Assembly (NCBI GenBank): GCA_963779345.1
Contig: CAVZXY010000006.1
Span: forward strand, 114,057 to 178,056
Direction: 5' to 3'
Source of the DNA: an uncultured Alphaproteobacteria bacterium
Lineage (GTDB): Bacteria > Pseudomonadota > Alphaproteobacteria > Rhizobiales > Xanthobacteraceae
Length of the DNA: 64,000 nt
The notes under the pieces are model-generated. The model searched no databases. It saw only the letters and a list, made by a program, of their open reading frames with translations, and was not told the DNA's origin. The position numbers and the translations under genes were made by a program. Positions 31,854-40,738 of this stretch are shown here, piece after piece; the stretch's first letter is position 1; every line of letters begins with the position of its first letter.

Positions 31854-32020
31854 TTTTGTTTCATTCCCCGCGGCCGGCGGCGGCCGGATGAAAACGCGCA
31901 ATCTCCTCGGCTAAGTCCGTCCGCGCCGCCTTACGCCGGCGCCAACGGCAAAACAAACGCAAGCTGAAACGACGATGACCGTATGGTTCGCGGCTGGATT
32001 CGCCAAGTCGGCACGGACAC

Positions 32021-32045
32021 GGAACCGAATTGGAACGCCCACGTT
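32021..32045 (+). promoter_or_regulatory. Sigma-EcfG (general stress) promoter
   Basis: GGAAC-N16-CGTT upstream of DUF3309. Confidence 0.65.
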
Positions 32046-32074
32046 AATTCGTGGAACTGGAATGGGAGGCTGCC

Positions 32075-32233
32075 TTGTCGCTGGGAACGATATTACTGAT
32101 CATCGTCGTCCTTCTTTTGCTCGGTGCGCTGCCGACATGGCCCTATAGCGCTGGCTGGGGTTATTACCCGTCAAGCGGTCTTGGGCTGGTCGTCGTCATC
32201 CTGCTTGTCCTTTTAGTGCTGGGCCGCGTTTAG
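32075..32233 (+). CDS. DUF3309 family small membrane protein
   Basis: LGTILLI...LPTWPYS..WGYYPS; TTG start after GGAGG. Confidence 0.85.
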   Translation: MSLGTILLIIVVLLLLGALPTWPYSAGWGYYPSSGLGLVVVILLVLLVLGRV

Positions 32234-32240
32234 GTGCGCT

Positions 32241-32435
32241 ATGGCCAAAAAACGAAAATACTCGCGCGCTGCGGGCAAGGACGTCGAAAGCGAGATGCGC
32301 CGCTACAAGCGGGGCGCGGCGCGCAGCGGCCGTGGGGGGAAAGGCGGCAAAGTCAAAAGCCGCAAACAGGCGATTGCCATTGGGCTTTCAAAGGCGCGAA
32401 AGAAAGGCAAGAAGGTGCCGAAGAAAAAATTGTGA
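32241..32435 (+). CDS. DUF6496-like small basic protein
   Basis: VKSRKQAIAIGLSKARKKG. Confidence 0.8.
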   Translation: MAKKRKYSRAAGKDVESEMRRYKRGAARSGRGGKGGKVKSRKQAIAIGLSKARKKGKKVPKKKL

Positions 32436-32594
32436 GACGGCAGTTTTCGAACCATTCGGTTGCGAGATGCTCAAAGGCTTTGTTGGTGAAATTTTAGCGA
32501 CCGTCGCCATATTGCCCGCCGACCAAAGTGTCGCGCGCAAAGCGGCCTCATTCCGGCCAATGCCTGAAGCTTTCAACTGATCGGGGGCGTTCTC

Positions 32595-33320
32595 ATGCAC
32601 ACGGTGAAATACAGGCTGTTCGAACCGCGTCTGCAGCCGCGCCGGACCAAACTCGAGATGCCGGGCTGGGCCGGCGAGCCAGAGCCGCGCCGCGACGGCT
32701 CGCACGAACATGTCTGGCACTGCATGCCGTTCACCGAAGGCGCGCAATACGGCATCGAGTTGTTCTATCCGTTCGACGACGAATTGCGTGTCAGCCGGCG
32801 CGACGGCCAACTGATTTTCGACGGCGACTTCGGACCCGCTCCCGACGGTGACCTGCAATGGCCGCCGTTTCATGCTTTCGGCGAGAACTATTACACCTAT
32901 CAGATCCTCATCGACCTCAAGGTCGCGGACGGCATGGCGGTACGCAGCGAGCCGCACCCGCGCTTCTACACCGATCCGAACGACGACGTGCCGCTGGCGG
33001 TGCCGGCGCTGCTGCGCACGAGCTGGTGGCCGATGATCTCGTTCGTGGTGTTCAAGGCGCCGCCGGAAGGGCGCACGCACGTCTTCCGCCCGGGCGAGCC
33101 GTTCATGCAGATGCTGGTGCTGCCGGCCGAGCCGCAATTCGAACTGGTCGAGATGGACTTCGAGGAAGCCGCCGAACGGGAAATGCGCGGGCGGCGGATT
33201 CACGCTAGCCGCGACACGCTGGGCAAGGACACGACGTGGAGGTCGTCGACCGACACGGTGTTCGACGGCACCTACCGGCATATCCTGCGCGCGGCCAAGG
33301 CGCGCGAAAGAGGAAGCTGA
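32595..33320 (+). CDS. Hypothetical protein, DUF6065-like
   Basis: WHCMPF...G and F.PGEPFMQMLVLP resemble DUF6065. Confidence 0.55.
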   Translation: MHTVKYRLFEPRLQPRRTKLEMPGWAGEPEPRRDGSHEHVWHCMPFTEGAQYGIELFYPFDDELRVSRRDGQLIFDGDFGPAPDGDLQWPPFHAFGENYYTYQILIDLKVADGMAVRSEPHPRFYTDPNDDVPLAVPALLRTSWWPMISFVVFKAPPEGRTHVFRPGEPFMQMLVLPAEPQFELVEMDFEEAAEREMRGRRIHASRDTLGKDTTWRSSTDTVFDGTYRHILRAAKARERGS

Positions 33321-33340
33321 AAATTCCGGATGCTCGGCAT

Positions 33341-33370
33341 GCGGGGCCTGAGCGTTAGCCTAGGCCCCGC
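33341..33370. terminator. Hairpin between convergent genes
   Basis: GCGGGGCCT...AGGCCCCGC stem. Confidence 0.5.
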
Positions 33371-33381
33371 ACCGATGACGG

Positions 33382-33723
33382 CTAGTGCCCGATCGTCACC
33401 CCAAGAAAGCTTGCATCGTGGTGGTGGTGGTGGTGATGATGGCGGTGGGGTTTGATGACGATGACGCGCTTATGATAACGGTGATGGTGGTGGTGATGAT
33501 GGTCTTCGGCGACTCTCACCAGCCCCGCCGCGTTCGCGTCGCGCGCCGCATCGTCCTGCCGCAGCGCAGCCACTGCATTCGGAACGGGCGCGAGCAGATC
33601 GGCGTAAGATGACGCGCGCAGGCCGTCGCCCGGCGCGGCAGATTGCGGTGTCGCGGCTTGCGCCGTTCCCATCGCGGTCAAGGCGGCGACGCCGCCGAGC
33701 AGTCCAGCTATTTTTTTATCCAT
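33382..33723 (-). CDS. Secreted poly-His protein
   Basis: Signal peptide, SYADLLAPVPNA motif, runs of 7 and 8 His; RBS GGAGG. Confidence 0.8.
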   Translation of the reverse strand: MDKKIAGLLGGVAALTAMGTAQAATPQSAAPGDGLRASSYADLLAPVPNAVAALRQDDAARDANAAGLVRVAEDHHHHHHHRYHKRVIVIKPHRHHHHHHHHDASFLGVTIGH

Positions 33724-33789
33724 GTACGGTCCTCCGGAATATTCGGCGCCGGCGCGCCGGGGTGGCGCGCCATTGCCGGTGCGTGAAAC

Positions 33790-33814
33790 AACGCAGAGCT
33801 TTGGCGCGGGTTCC
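33790..33814 (-). promoter_or_regulatory. Sigma-EcfG promoter
   Basis: Minus strand GGAAC-N16-CGTT upstream of the His-rich gene. Confidence 0.6.
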
Positions 33815-33914
33815 TGCGCGATTGCCGTTTACGACGCCGGCTGCGCGCATGACGTTGCGAGGATGCGCTTGCGGCAAAATCATCATCGCCGTCCAAACGC
33901 TTTTTTCGCCGCTC

Positions 33915-34331
33915 TCAGATATCGATGTCGCTCGGCTCCATCACCGCGTATTGCACCAGGCCCGACGAGCGCTGCCAGCTGACGCCGTTGAAGCCGGCGA
34001 TGATGTTGATCCGGACGACCTGCATTGATTTGCCGTGAACCGTCTTCGTGTCCAACGTCGCGCCGCGTGTAAAGGCAACGGCGGCGATGCCGCAGGCGTG
34101 CGGATTGTTCGTTTCGGTATTGACGGTGTTCATGGCCAGGCCGGCCTTCTGTCCAGTTCCGATCAGACTGATGTAGCGCTCGGCCTGCTCCGGCGTATTG
34201 CAGATCAGGCCGATCCCGATCGCGGCGCTGGCATTGTCCAAAATGTTGGCGTCCTGATTGTTGGTCGGTTCGTCCGCGTGAGCAAAACCGCAAACAAGAA
34301 GCGCGGCTGCCACGTCGAAAGATAGACGCAT
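33915..34331 (-). CDS. Hypothetical exported protein
   Basis: ATG 34331 after GGAGG; signal peptide; two Cys (ICNT, HACG). Confidence 0.65.
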   Translation of the reverse strand: MRLSFDVAAALLVCGFAHADEPTNNQDANILDNASAAIGIGLICNTPEQAERYISLIGTGQKAGLAMNTVNTETNNPHACGIAAVAFTRGATLDTKTVHGKSMQVVRINIIAGFNGVSWQRSSGLVQYAVMEPSDIDI

Positions 34332-34543
34332 TGTTGCCTCCACTATGCGCGGTGCATTCGATACGGCGGGAACGATCTCAGGCGGGGTGGAGTTCGTGCA
34401 CGCACACGCGATTGTGAGAGAAGGCAGGAATCCGGCGAGGCGGCGAAAAACGCGGCAGCAACCATCGTGCTTCAACACGGACGATTAGCAGTCGGCCCGG
34501 TGAAGACTTGCCAGCCGAGGTCTCCAGTTGCGTCGCCTTTTAA

Positions 34544-34569
34544 GGAACTACAGGGTTATTATCGGCGTT
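34544..34569 (+). promoter_or_regulatory. Sigma-EcfG promoter
   Basis: GGAAC-N17-CGTT, 8 nt before ATG 34578 (likely leaderless). Confidence 0.55.
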
Positions 34570-34577
34570 AACGGGCC

Positions 34578-34775
34578 ATGAAAAAGGCCTCCGAATATCG
34601 CCAGTATGCGATTGAATGCCGGACGCTCGCGACCAGTGCGACCAGCGACGAGCATCGCCAGATGCTGCTCAGGATGGCTGAGACGTGGGACAACCTCGGC
34701 AGCCTGCGCGAGGCGCGCATGTCGCAAAAGGAAAGGCTCAGAGAGTTGGATGACGCGCTGGCCGCGCCGCACTAG
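34578..34775 (+). CDS. Small hypothetical protein
   Basis: EYRQYAIECRTLA...LLRMAETW pattern typical of rhizobial small proteins. Confidence 0.7.
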   Translation: MKKASEYRQYAIECRTLATSATSDEHRQMLLRMAETWDNLGSLREARMSQKERLRELDDALAAPH

Positions 34776-34832
34776 GATTTTTTTGGCGTCGGATAATTTC
34801 GTTCAAGCCACGAGCCATTGGCTAGCCCAAAT

Positions 34833-35615
34833 CTAATCAATCCTCCCGCCGGAAAACCTTCTTCCCGGAACGCTCAAGAAATACCCGACCGCCTGGCCGC
34901 CGTCGGCGCCGAGCACGCTGCCGGTCGTGTAGCGCGCGTCCTCGCTTGCCAGAAAAATCGCCGGCCCGGCGATGTCCTCGCCCGAGCCGACGCGGCCCAT
35001 CGGCACGCCCTTGCGGCGGCCGTCGTAGATTTCCGCATCAGCATACATCGCCTCGGTGCCGGGCGTGCGGATGTAACCGGGCGTGATAGCGTTGGCGCGG
35101 ATGCCGTAGGGCGCCCACTCCATCGCCTGCAACTTGGTCAACATGATCAGCCCGGCCTTCACCACCGAATAGGCGCCGGCCCAGTTGTACGGAAACAGCC
35201 CAGCGATCGAGGCGATGTTGACGATACAGCCGGACTTCTGCGCGATCATGTGTTGCGCGCAGGCCTGGCTGACCATGAACGCGCCTTTGAGGCCGATGTT
35301 CATGGTCGTGTCCCAGGCCGCTTCCGGCAAAGCCTCCAATTTTCCGGGCACGATCTTCATGGCGTTATTGACGAGGATGTCGACGCGGCCGAACTCCTGA
35401 ACCACGGTCATGACCATGCGCGCGATGTCGGCGGACTTGGCGATGTCGGCGACGACGGCGAGGCCACCAGCGGCCTTCGCGGTCGCCTCCGCGGTCGCGG
35501 CGTCGACGTCGTTGATGACGACGCGGGCGCCCTCGCGGGCGTAGGCGACTGCAATGTCGCGACCGATGCCACGGCCCGCACCGGTCACGATGGCCACTTT
35601 GTCCTTCAGCCGCAC
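34833..35615 (-). CDS. SDR family oxidoreductase
   Basis: TGAGRGIG, NNA, YSVVK. Confidence 0.93.
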   Translation of the reverse strand: MRLKDKVAIVTGAGRGIGRDIAVAYAREGARVVINDVDAATAEATAKAAGGLAVVADIAKSADIARMVMTVVQEFGRVDILVNNAMKIVPGKLEALPEAAWDTTMNIGLKGAFMVSQACAQHMIAQKSGCIVNIASIAGLFPYNWAGAYSVVKAGLIMLTKLQAMEWAPYGIRANAITPGYIRTPGTEAMYADAEIYDGRRKGVPMGRVGSGEDIAGPAIFLASEDARYTTGSVLGADGGQAVGYFLSVPGRRFSGGRID

Positions 35616-35744
35616 GGAATTCCTCCCTGAATTGCATTTTTCTCCGGAAAAACAACGCTAAAGCGGCGGGACAGACGCGACAAGGGGTCCCTCGCCCCTC
35701 GAAATTGCCGCGCGCGAGTGCCATCTTCGGGCTGAAAGAATCAC

Positions 35745-38336
35745 ATGGCTGAGCCCAACCGCAGCGTCGAGCTGAACCCCGCGCCCGTCCCCGGCGGCAT
35801 TGCCGCACGGGCGCTCGGTGCGCGCGGTGCGGCCTATCTGGACGATCTGAACCCGGAACAGCGCGAGGCGGTGGAGACGCTGGACGGCCCGGTGCTGGTG
35901 CTGGCCGGCGCTGGAACCGGGAAAACGCGCGTCCTGACCACGCGCATCGCGCACATCCTCAATCTCGGCCGGGCGCGGCCGGGCGACATCCTTGCCGTCA
36001 CCTTCACCAACAAGGCGGCGCGCGAGATGAAGGACCGCGTCGGCCAGATGGTCGGGCAAGTCGTCGAGGGCATGCCGTGGATGGGCACCTTCCACTCCAT
36101 CGGCGTCAAAATCCTGCGCCGCCACGCCGAACTGGTCGGCCTGAAGAGCAACTTCACGATCCTGGACGTCGACGACCAGATCCGCGTCATCAAGCAAATC
36201 CTCGAAGCCGAGAAGCTCGACGAGAAACGCTGGCCGGCCCGGGTGTTCGCCATGATCCTCGACGGCTGGAAAAACAGGGGCCTGACGCCCGACCAGGTGC
36301 CGGCCGGCGAGGCGGCGAGCTTCGCCAACGGCAAGGGCAAGAAGCTCTACCTCGCCTATCAGGAGCGGCTGAAGACGCTCAACGCCGCCGACTTCGGCGA
36401 TCTTCTCTTGGAGAACATCCGGCTATTTCGCACATCCCCGGATATTCTTCGGCAGTACCAGCAGAGGTTCAAATTCATCCTGGTCGACGAGTACCAGGAC
36501 ACCAACGTGGCGCAGTATTTGTGGCTGCGACTGTTGGCGCAGCAGAGTTCGTCGAGCACCGCTCTTTCCCCGTCATCACCGGGCCGGCGCGAAGCGCCGA
36601 GCCCCGGTGATCCACGCCTTGCTGATTTAAGTGAAGACGTGGATGGCCGGGACGAGCCCGGCCATGACAAGTTAGTTGGCGGGGAGAGGGAAAAGAAAAA
36701 CATCTGCTGCGTCGGCGATGACGATCAGTCGATCTATGGGTGGAGAGGCGCGGAGGTCGATAATATTTTGCGCTTCGATCATGATTTTCCCGGCGCGAAG
36801 GTCATCAGGCTCGAAAGGAATTATCGGAGCACGGGACATATTCTCGCGGCGGCGAGTCATCTGATCGCCCACAACGAAGGCCGCCTGGGAAAAACACTGC
36901 GCACCGAGGACGTCCCCGGCGAAAAAGTGCAGGTCACCGGCGGCTGGGATTCGGAGGAGGAAGCCCGCTCCATCGGCGAGGAGATCGAGCAGCTACAGCG
37001 CGACGCGCGCGAGCAGGGCCTCGACCATCCGCTGGACGAGATCGCCATTCTGGTGCGCGCCTCGTTCCAGATGCGCGAATTCGAAGACCGCTTCATCCAG
37101 CTCGGCCTGCCCTACCGCGTCATCGGCGGGCCCCGGTTCTACGAGCGCGCCGAAATCCGCGACGCGCTGGCCTACCTGCGCGTCATCGCGCAGCCGGCCG
37201 ACGATCTGGCCTTCGAGCGCATCGTCAACGTGCCCAAGCGCGGCCTCGGCGACGCCACCGTACAGATGCTGCACGACCACGCCCGCAAACAGCGCATCCC
37301 GCTGACCGAAGCGGCCGCCGCTCTTTCCGCCACCGACGAGATGAAGCCGAAGCCGCGGCTGGCGCTGCGCGAGCTGATGGCGGGTTTCGAGCGCTGGCGC
37401 GCGCGCAAGGATTCGATGCCGCACACCGAGCTGGCCGAGATCGTGCTCGATGAGAGCGGCTACACGGCGATGTGGCAGGCCGACAAGAGCGCCGACGCCG
37501 CCGGCCGGCTGGAAAACCTCAAGGAACTGGTGCGCTCGATGGAGGAATTCGAGAACCTCGCCGGCTTCCTCGAGCACATCTCGCTGGTGATGGACCGCGA
37601 CTCAGCCGAGGGCGAGCAGGCGGTCAACATCATGACGCTGCACTCGGCCAAGGGGCTGGAATTCGACACCGTGTTCCTGCCCGGCTGGGAGGAAGGCCTG
37701 TTCCCGCACCAGCGCGCGCTCGACGAAAGCGGCCGCGCCGGACTCGAGGAGGAGCGCCGCCTCGCCCATGTCGGGCTGACGCGCGCGCGGAAGCGCGCCA
37801 AGATCTATTTCGCCACCAACCGGCGCATCCACGGCATGTGGACCTCGACCATGCCGTCGCGCTTCCTTGATGAGTTGCCGGAGGCCGACGTCGAGGTGAA
37901 GGAGCCGGCGGGCGGCGCGGGCGGCTTCGGCATGTCGGGCTACGGCGCTTCGCGTTTCGACGAGATGAATTCCTTCGGCTCGAACTACACCACGCCCGGC
38001 TGGCAGCGCGCGCAACAGCGCAAAGGGCGCGGCGGCTTTTCCGAGAACGGCGAGCCGCGTTACGTGCCGGATGGCGTTTTCAATCAGGACGAGGAATTTG
38101 CCGAAACCCCGGCCAAGAAACCGTCCAAGGCCCCCGCCCGCAAGCCGCTCACGATCGAAGGCGAGCTGATCGCCAAATCCACCGGCGCCGCGTCATCCTT
38201 CGCCGCCGGCGACCGCGTGTTTCACCAGAAATTCGGCAACGGCAACGTCACCGCCGTGGACGGCAACAAGCTGACCATCCATTTCGACAAGGCGGGGGAG
38301 AAGCGCGTGGTGGATAGCTTTGTGGAGAGGGTGTGA
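35745..38336 (+). CDS. uvrD: UvrD/PcrA ATP-dependent DNA helicase with an in-frame repeat-derived insertion
   Basis: AGAGTGKT, VTFTNKAA, DEYQD, VGDDDQSIY, TLHSAKGLEF; C-terminal HQKFG Tudor-like domain. Confidence 0.95.
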   Translation: MAEPNRSVELNPAPVPGGIAARALGARGAAYLDDLNPEQREAVETLDGPVLVLAGAGTGKTRVLTTRIAHILNLGRARPGDILAVTFTNKAAREMKDRVGQMVGQVVEGMPWMGTFHSIGVKILRRHAELVGLKSNFTILDVDDQIRVIKQILEAEKLDEKRWPARVFAMILDGWKNRGLTPDQVPAGEAASFANGKGKKLYLAYQERLKTLNAADFGDLLLENIRLFRTSPDILRQYQQRFKFILVDEYQDTNVAQYLWLRLLAQQSSSSTALSPSSPGRREAPSPGDPRLADLSEDVDGRDEPGHDKLVGGEREKKNICCVGDDDQSIYGWRGAEVDNILRFDHDFPGAKVIRLERNYRSTGHILAAASHLIAHNEGRLGKTLRTEDVPGEKVQVTGGWDSEEEARSIGEEIEQLQRDAREQGLDHPLDEIAILVRASFQMREFEDRFIQLGLPYRVIGGPRFYERAEIRDALAYLRVIAQPADDLAFERIVNVPKRGLGDATVQMLHDHARKQRIPLTEAAAALSATDEMKPKPRLALRELMAGFERWRARKDSMPHTELAEIVLDESGYTAMWQADKSADAAGRLENLKELVRSMEEFENLAGFLEHISLVMDRDSAEGEQAVNIMTLHSAKGLEFDTVFLPGWEEGLFPHQRALDESGRAGLEEERRLAHVGLTRARKRAKIYFATNRRIHGMWTSTMPSRFLDELPEADVEVKEPAGGAGGFGMSGYGASRFDEMNSFGSNYTTPGWQRAQQRKGRGGFSENGEPRYVPDGVFNQDEEFAETPAKKPSKAPARKPLTIEGELIAKSTGAASSFAAGDRVFHQKFGNGNVTAVDGNKLTIHFDKAGEKRVVDSFVERV
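36572..36668. repeat. Rhizobial REP-like palindromic element inside uvrD
   Basis: GTCAT...ATGAC ends with nested hairpins (ATCCACG/CGTGGAT; GGCCGGG..CCCGGCC). Confidence 0.8.
38230..38257 (+). repeat. 28-bp direct repeat, copy 1 (in uvrD 3' region)
   Basis: AATTCGGCAACGGCAACGTCACCGCCGT, identical at 39330-39357. Confidence 0.9.
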
Positions 38337-38444
38337 AGCCGCGCCGACAGCGGCGCCAGCCAGCACCGCACAATCGAAAAAAGTCGATGCATGCGCGCCC
38401 CATCGCCAGCCGCGTCAGTGCGCGATGCGAGCGGACCTAGGCCC

Positions 38445-38756
38445 CTACTTCTTCTCCAGCATCAACTGGCCGCGCTGCCCGACCACCCGTTGCACCGCGC
38501 GGGCAAAGCGCGCCAGCAGCCAGGGCAGCGTCACCTCCAGCCGCCCCGCGCCCTCGTAGACGTCGATAAAGCCGTGCGCGCGCTGGCCGAGCGCGGAAGC
38601 GGCAAAGCTCAGCCGGTCGCCGTCCCAGGCGTCGTTGTCGATGCGCAGGAGATAGGCGAACTCGGTCTTGGCGCGGGCGATGCCGTCCTTGATGCGGCGC
38701 AACGCCTCGTCCTTGCCGAGGCGGTGGGGGATGACGACGATGAGAGGTTCGCTCAT
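38445..38756 (-). CDS. Polyhydroxyalkanoic acid system (PHA_gran_rgn) family protein
   Basis: IPHRLGKDEALRRI...WDGDRLSF...VTLPWLL. Confidence 0.8.
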   Translation of the reverse strand: MSEPLIVVIPHRLGKDEALRRIKDGIARAKTEFAYLLRIDNDAWDGDRLSFAASALGQRAHGFIDVYEGAGRLEVTLPWLLARFARAVQRVVGQRGQLMLEKK

Positions 38757-38806
38757 GGCCCCGATATGGCTATGGGCCGGGCCGGCGGAAAGGCCGCGCA
38801 TCATTT

Positions 38807-38930
38807 TCCGTTCGCCCCCGCCAAGGCGGGGACCCAGGGCTTCATGCTCCGAGCCCGCAGCCCCTGGATTGCCGCTGGCGCGGGAATGAACGGAGTTTGG
38901 GTCCGGTCCTGCGGCCTGCCGGAATGACGG
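38807..38930. repeat. REP-like palindromic repeat
   Basis: TCCGTTC.CCCCGCCAAGGCGGGGACCCAG...CTGGATTGCCGC..GCGGGAATGAACGGA plus a second degenerate half ending GGAATGACG. Confidence 0.7.
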
Positions 38931-38998
38931 GTGTTTGTCTGTTCCAGCCTTGTGCTAAACTCCCCGCCGGGAGCGACGCGAAAGCCGGGAGTTCTGTC

Positions 38999-39298
38999 GT
39001 GCGTATCCTCACCGCCATTGTCATCCTTGCCGCGCTCGCCGCGCCCGCCTTCGCGCGCGACCTCACTCTGCCCAAGACCAGCGCCGAGGCGCTCAAGAGC
39101 GCCTGCGACAAGGCCGGCGGCAAGTTCTCGCAGGGCGACAAGCTTTATGGCTGCGGCACGGACTGCCTGGGCCACCCCGGCACCGATTGCACCGTGACCT
39201 GCGCGGCCGATGCCCGCTGCACCGCCCAGGTGATCGGCGGCCGGCGTCCGCGCAGCGTGGCGGAGGCGCTGACCAAGCCGGAGCGGCATCGCCGCTGA
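38999..39298 (+). CDS. Small secreted Cys-rich protein (6 Cys)
   Basis: GTG start after GGAG; signal peptide ending AFA; six Cys in the mature part. Confidence 0.7.
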   Translation: MRILTAIVILAALAAPAFARDLTLPKTSAEALKSACDKAGGKFSQGDKLYGCGTDCLGHPGTDCTVTCAADARCTAQVIGGRRPRSVAEALTKPERHRR

Positions 39299-39329
39299 GC
39301 GGCGCGGCGACGGCATGTCTCGACCGACG

Positions 39330-39357
39330 AATTCGGCAACGGCAACGTCACCGCCGT
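39330..39357 (+). repeat. 28-bp direct repeat, copy 2 (uvrD fragment)
   Basis: Identical to 38230-38257; abuts the low-GC gene. Confidence 0.9.
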
Positions 39358-39361
39358 CCCT

Positions 39362-40017
39362 TTATCTACCCAAATTTTTGTAGAGGACATACCCGACCCA
39401 CACGGTGGATATTATCATTATCGCGAAGGATATCGCATTGCGTCTCCAGCCCTTGTATCGAAACTTTAGATTAGGCGACGGCGGCTCGCTTATTTTCACG
39501 CGATGAAGTTCGTCCGCAGAAAATTTGAATTGCTGTTCCGGCTTTGAATACCAAGTTGGCACCTGATTAGAACTCCACAGATGAAGCATCATCGTTCTTC
39601 CCGGCTGCAAGTCACCCAAGGTAATGGCTTGCTTACTCACAGTCTCGTTAGTTTCGCCGTCTTCGATTTGATAAAGGTTGCTCCAACCATCGTCAGCCAG
39701 GGTCAAATGCGAAAGCTTTTTTTGCTGTTATTTAAAATAGTGAATCGCAAATAGCTCCGTGCAGAGAAATAATTTCTAAAGAACAACAATTCGCTCCGTG
39801 TCTTTTCATCGTGCAAATATCTTCCAGGCTCATCATCAGTGAGCACCAACTTCTGTAACCGCTCTATCAAACCCTCATTTTTCTCCCTGGAATTCCAGCT
39901 AAGAGAAACCAGCAATTGAGCGCGCATCTCGGCAAGTGTATTAAGTGCCCAGGGAATCAATGCGGTCACAATAAGCGCGGCCGCGCCAATAAGCGCTGCA
40001 ACTATCCCTTCTGACAA
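39362..40017 (-). pseudogene. Low-GC membrane protein gene split by a frameshift at an A7 run
   Basis: ORFs 39703-40017 and 39362-39706 join into NNSKKKLSHLTLADDG if the A7 run (T39717-39723) were A8; TM helices at both termini. Confidence 0.6.
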
Positions 40018-40232
40018 AATCCCCTCCCCTTAAATATCGGGCAAATCGTTATAGACCCGCGGCCCATAGGGATTCCACATTATTTCATGTCTCATCCGAT
40101 GTTCCACGTGCATTATTGTGCGACGCAGTTTCTATGGCTCAACCACATCATTGTCATCAAGCGCGAGCCGAAGGCAGTCCGCCGCGCACTCGGCAAGAAG
40201 AGGATGGCGTCGTGACATGATCGCTCGCGCGC

Positions 40233-40534
40233 CTAGCGCGAGCGCTCGGGCTGCGCCTTGCGCAGCACGTCGAAGATCACCGCCGTCGACCAGCCGAACA
40301 TCAGCACGCCGTTCATCGCCGCGAACGGGCCGAGCGCGCGCCACTGCTTGACCGGCAAGATGTCGCCATAGCCGAGCGTGGTGTAGTTGACGAAGGCGAG
40401 GTAGAGGGCGTCGGCCCGCTTGGGGGTGACGTCGAGCGCCATGTAAAACAGCCCCCAGATGCCGATCTCGATGAGGTGCGCCGCCATCAGCACCGTCACC
40501 GTCGCGATCATCACCAGCACCATACGGACATGCC
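40233..40534 (-). pseudogene. 5'-truncated copy of the K+ channel-like gene
   Basis: 80/92 aa identical to 42296-42598 including TLGYGD; lacks the first TM; possible restart at ATG 40523. Confidence 0.7.
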
Positions 40535-40738
40535 CATTCGAATATCCGCTCGGTGCCAATTTCAGCCGCGAGCCACCCTTCTCTCCTGCGTGAGCCGTCC
40601 TATATGAGAGAACTCGCCGCCGAAACGTGCCGATAGTCCCCGGGAACGAATTAGCGTATTCAGAAGTTGCGATCCGGCACGCGATTCGATGTGAGGCGCG
40701 CATGAGAATTCCAACCGGGCAATCCAACTGAGTTTGGC

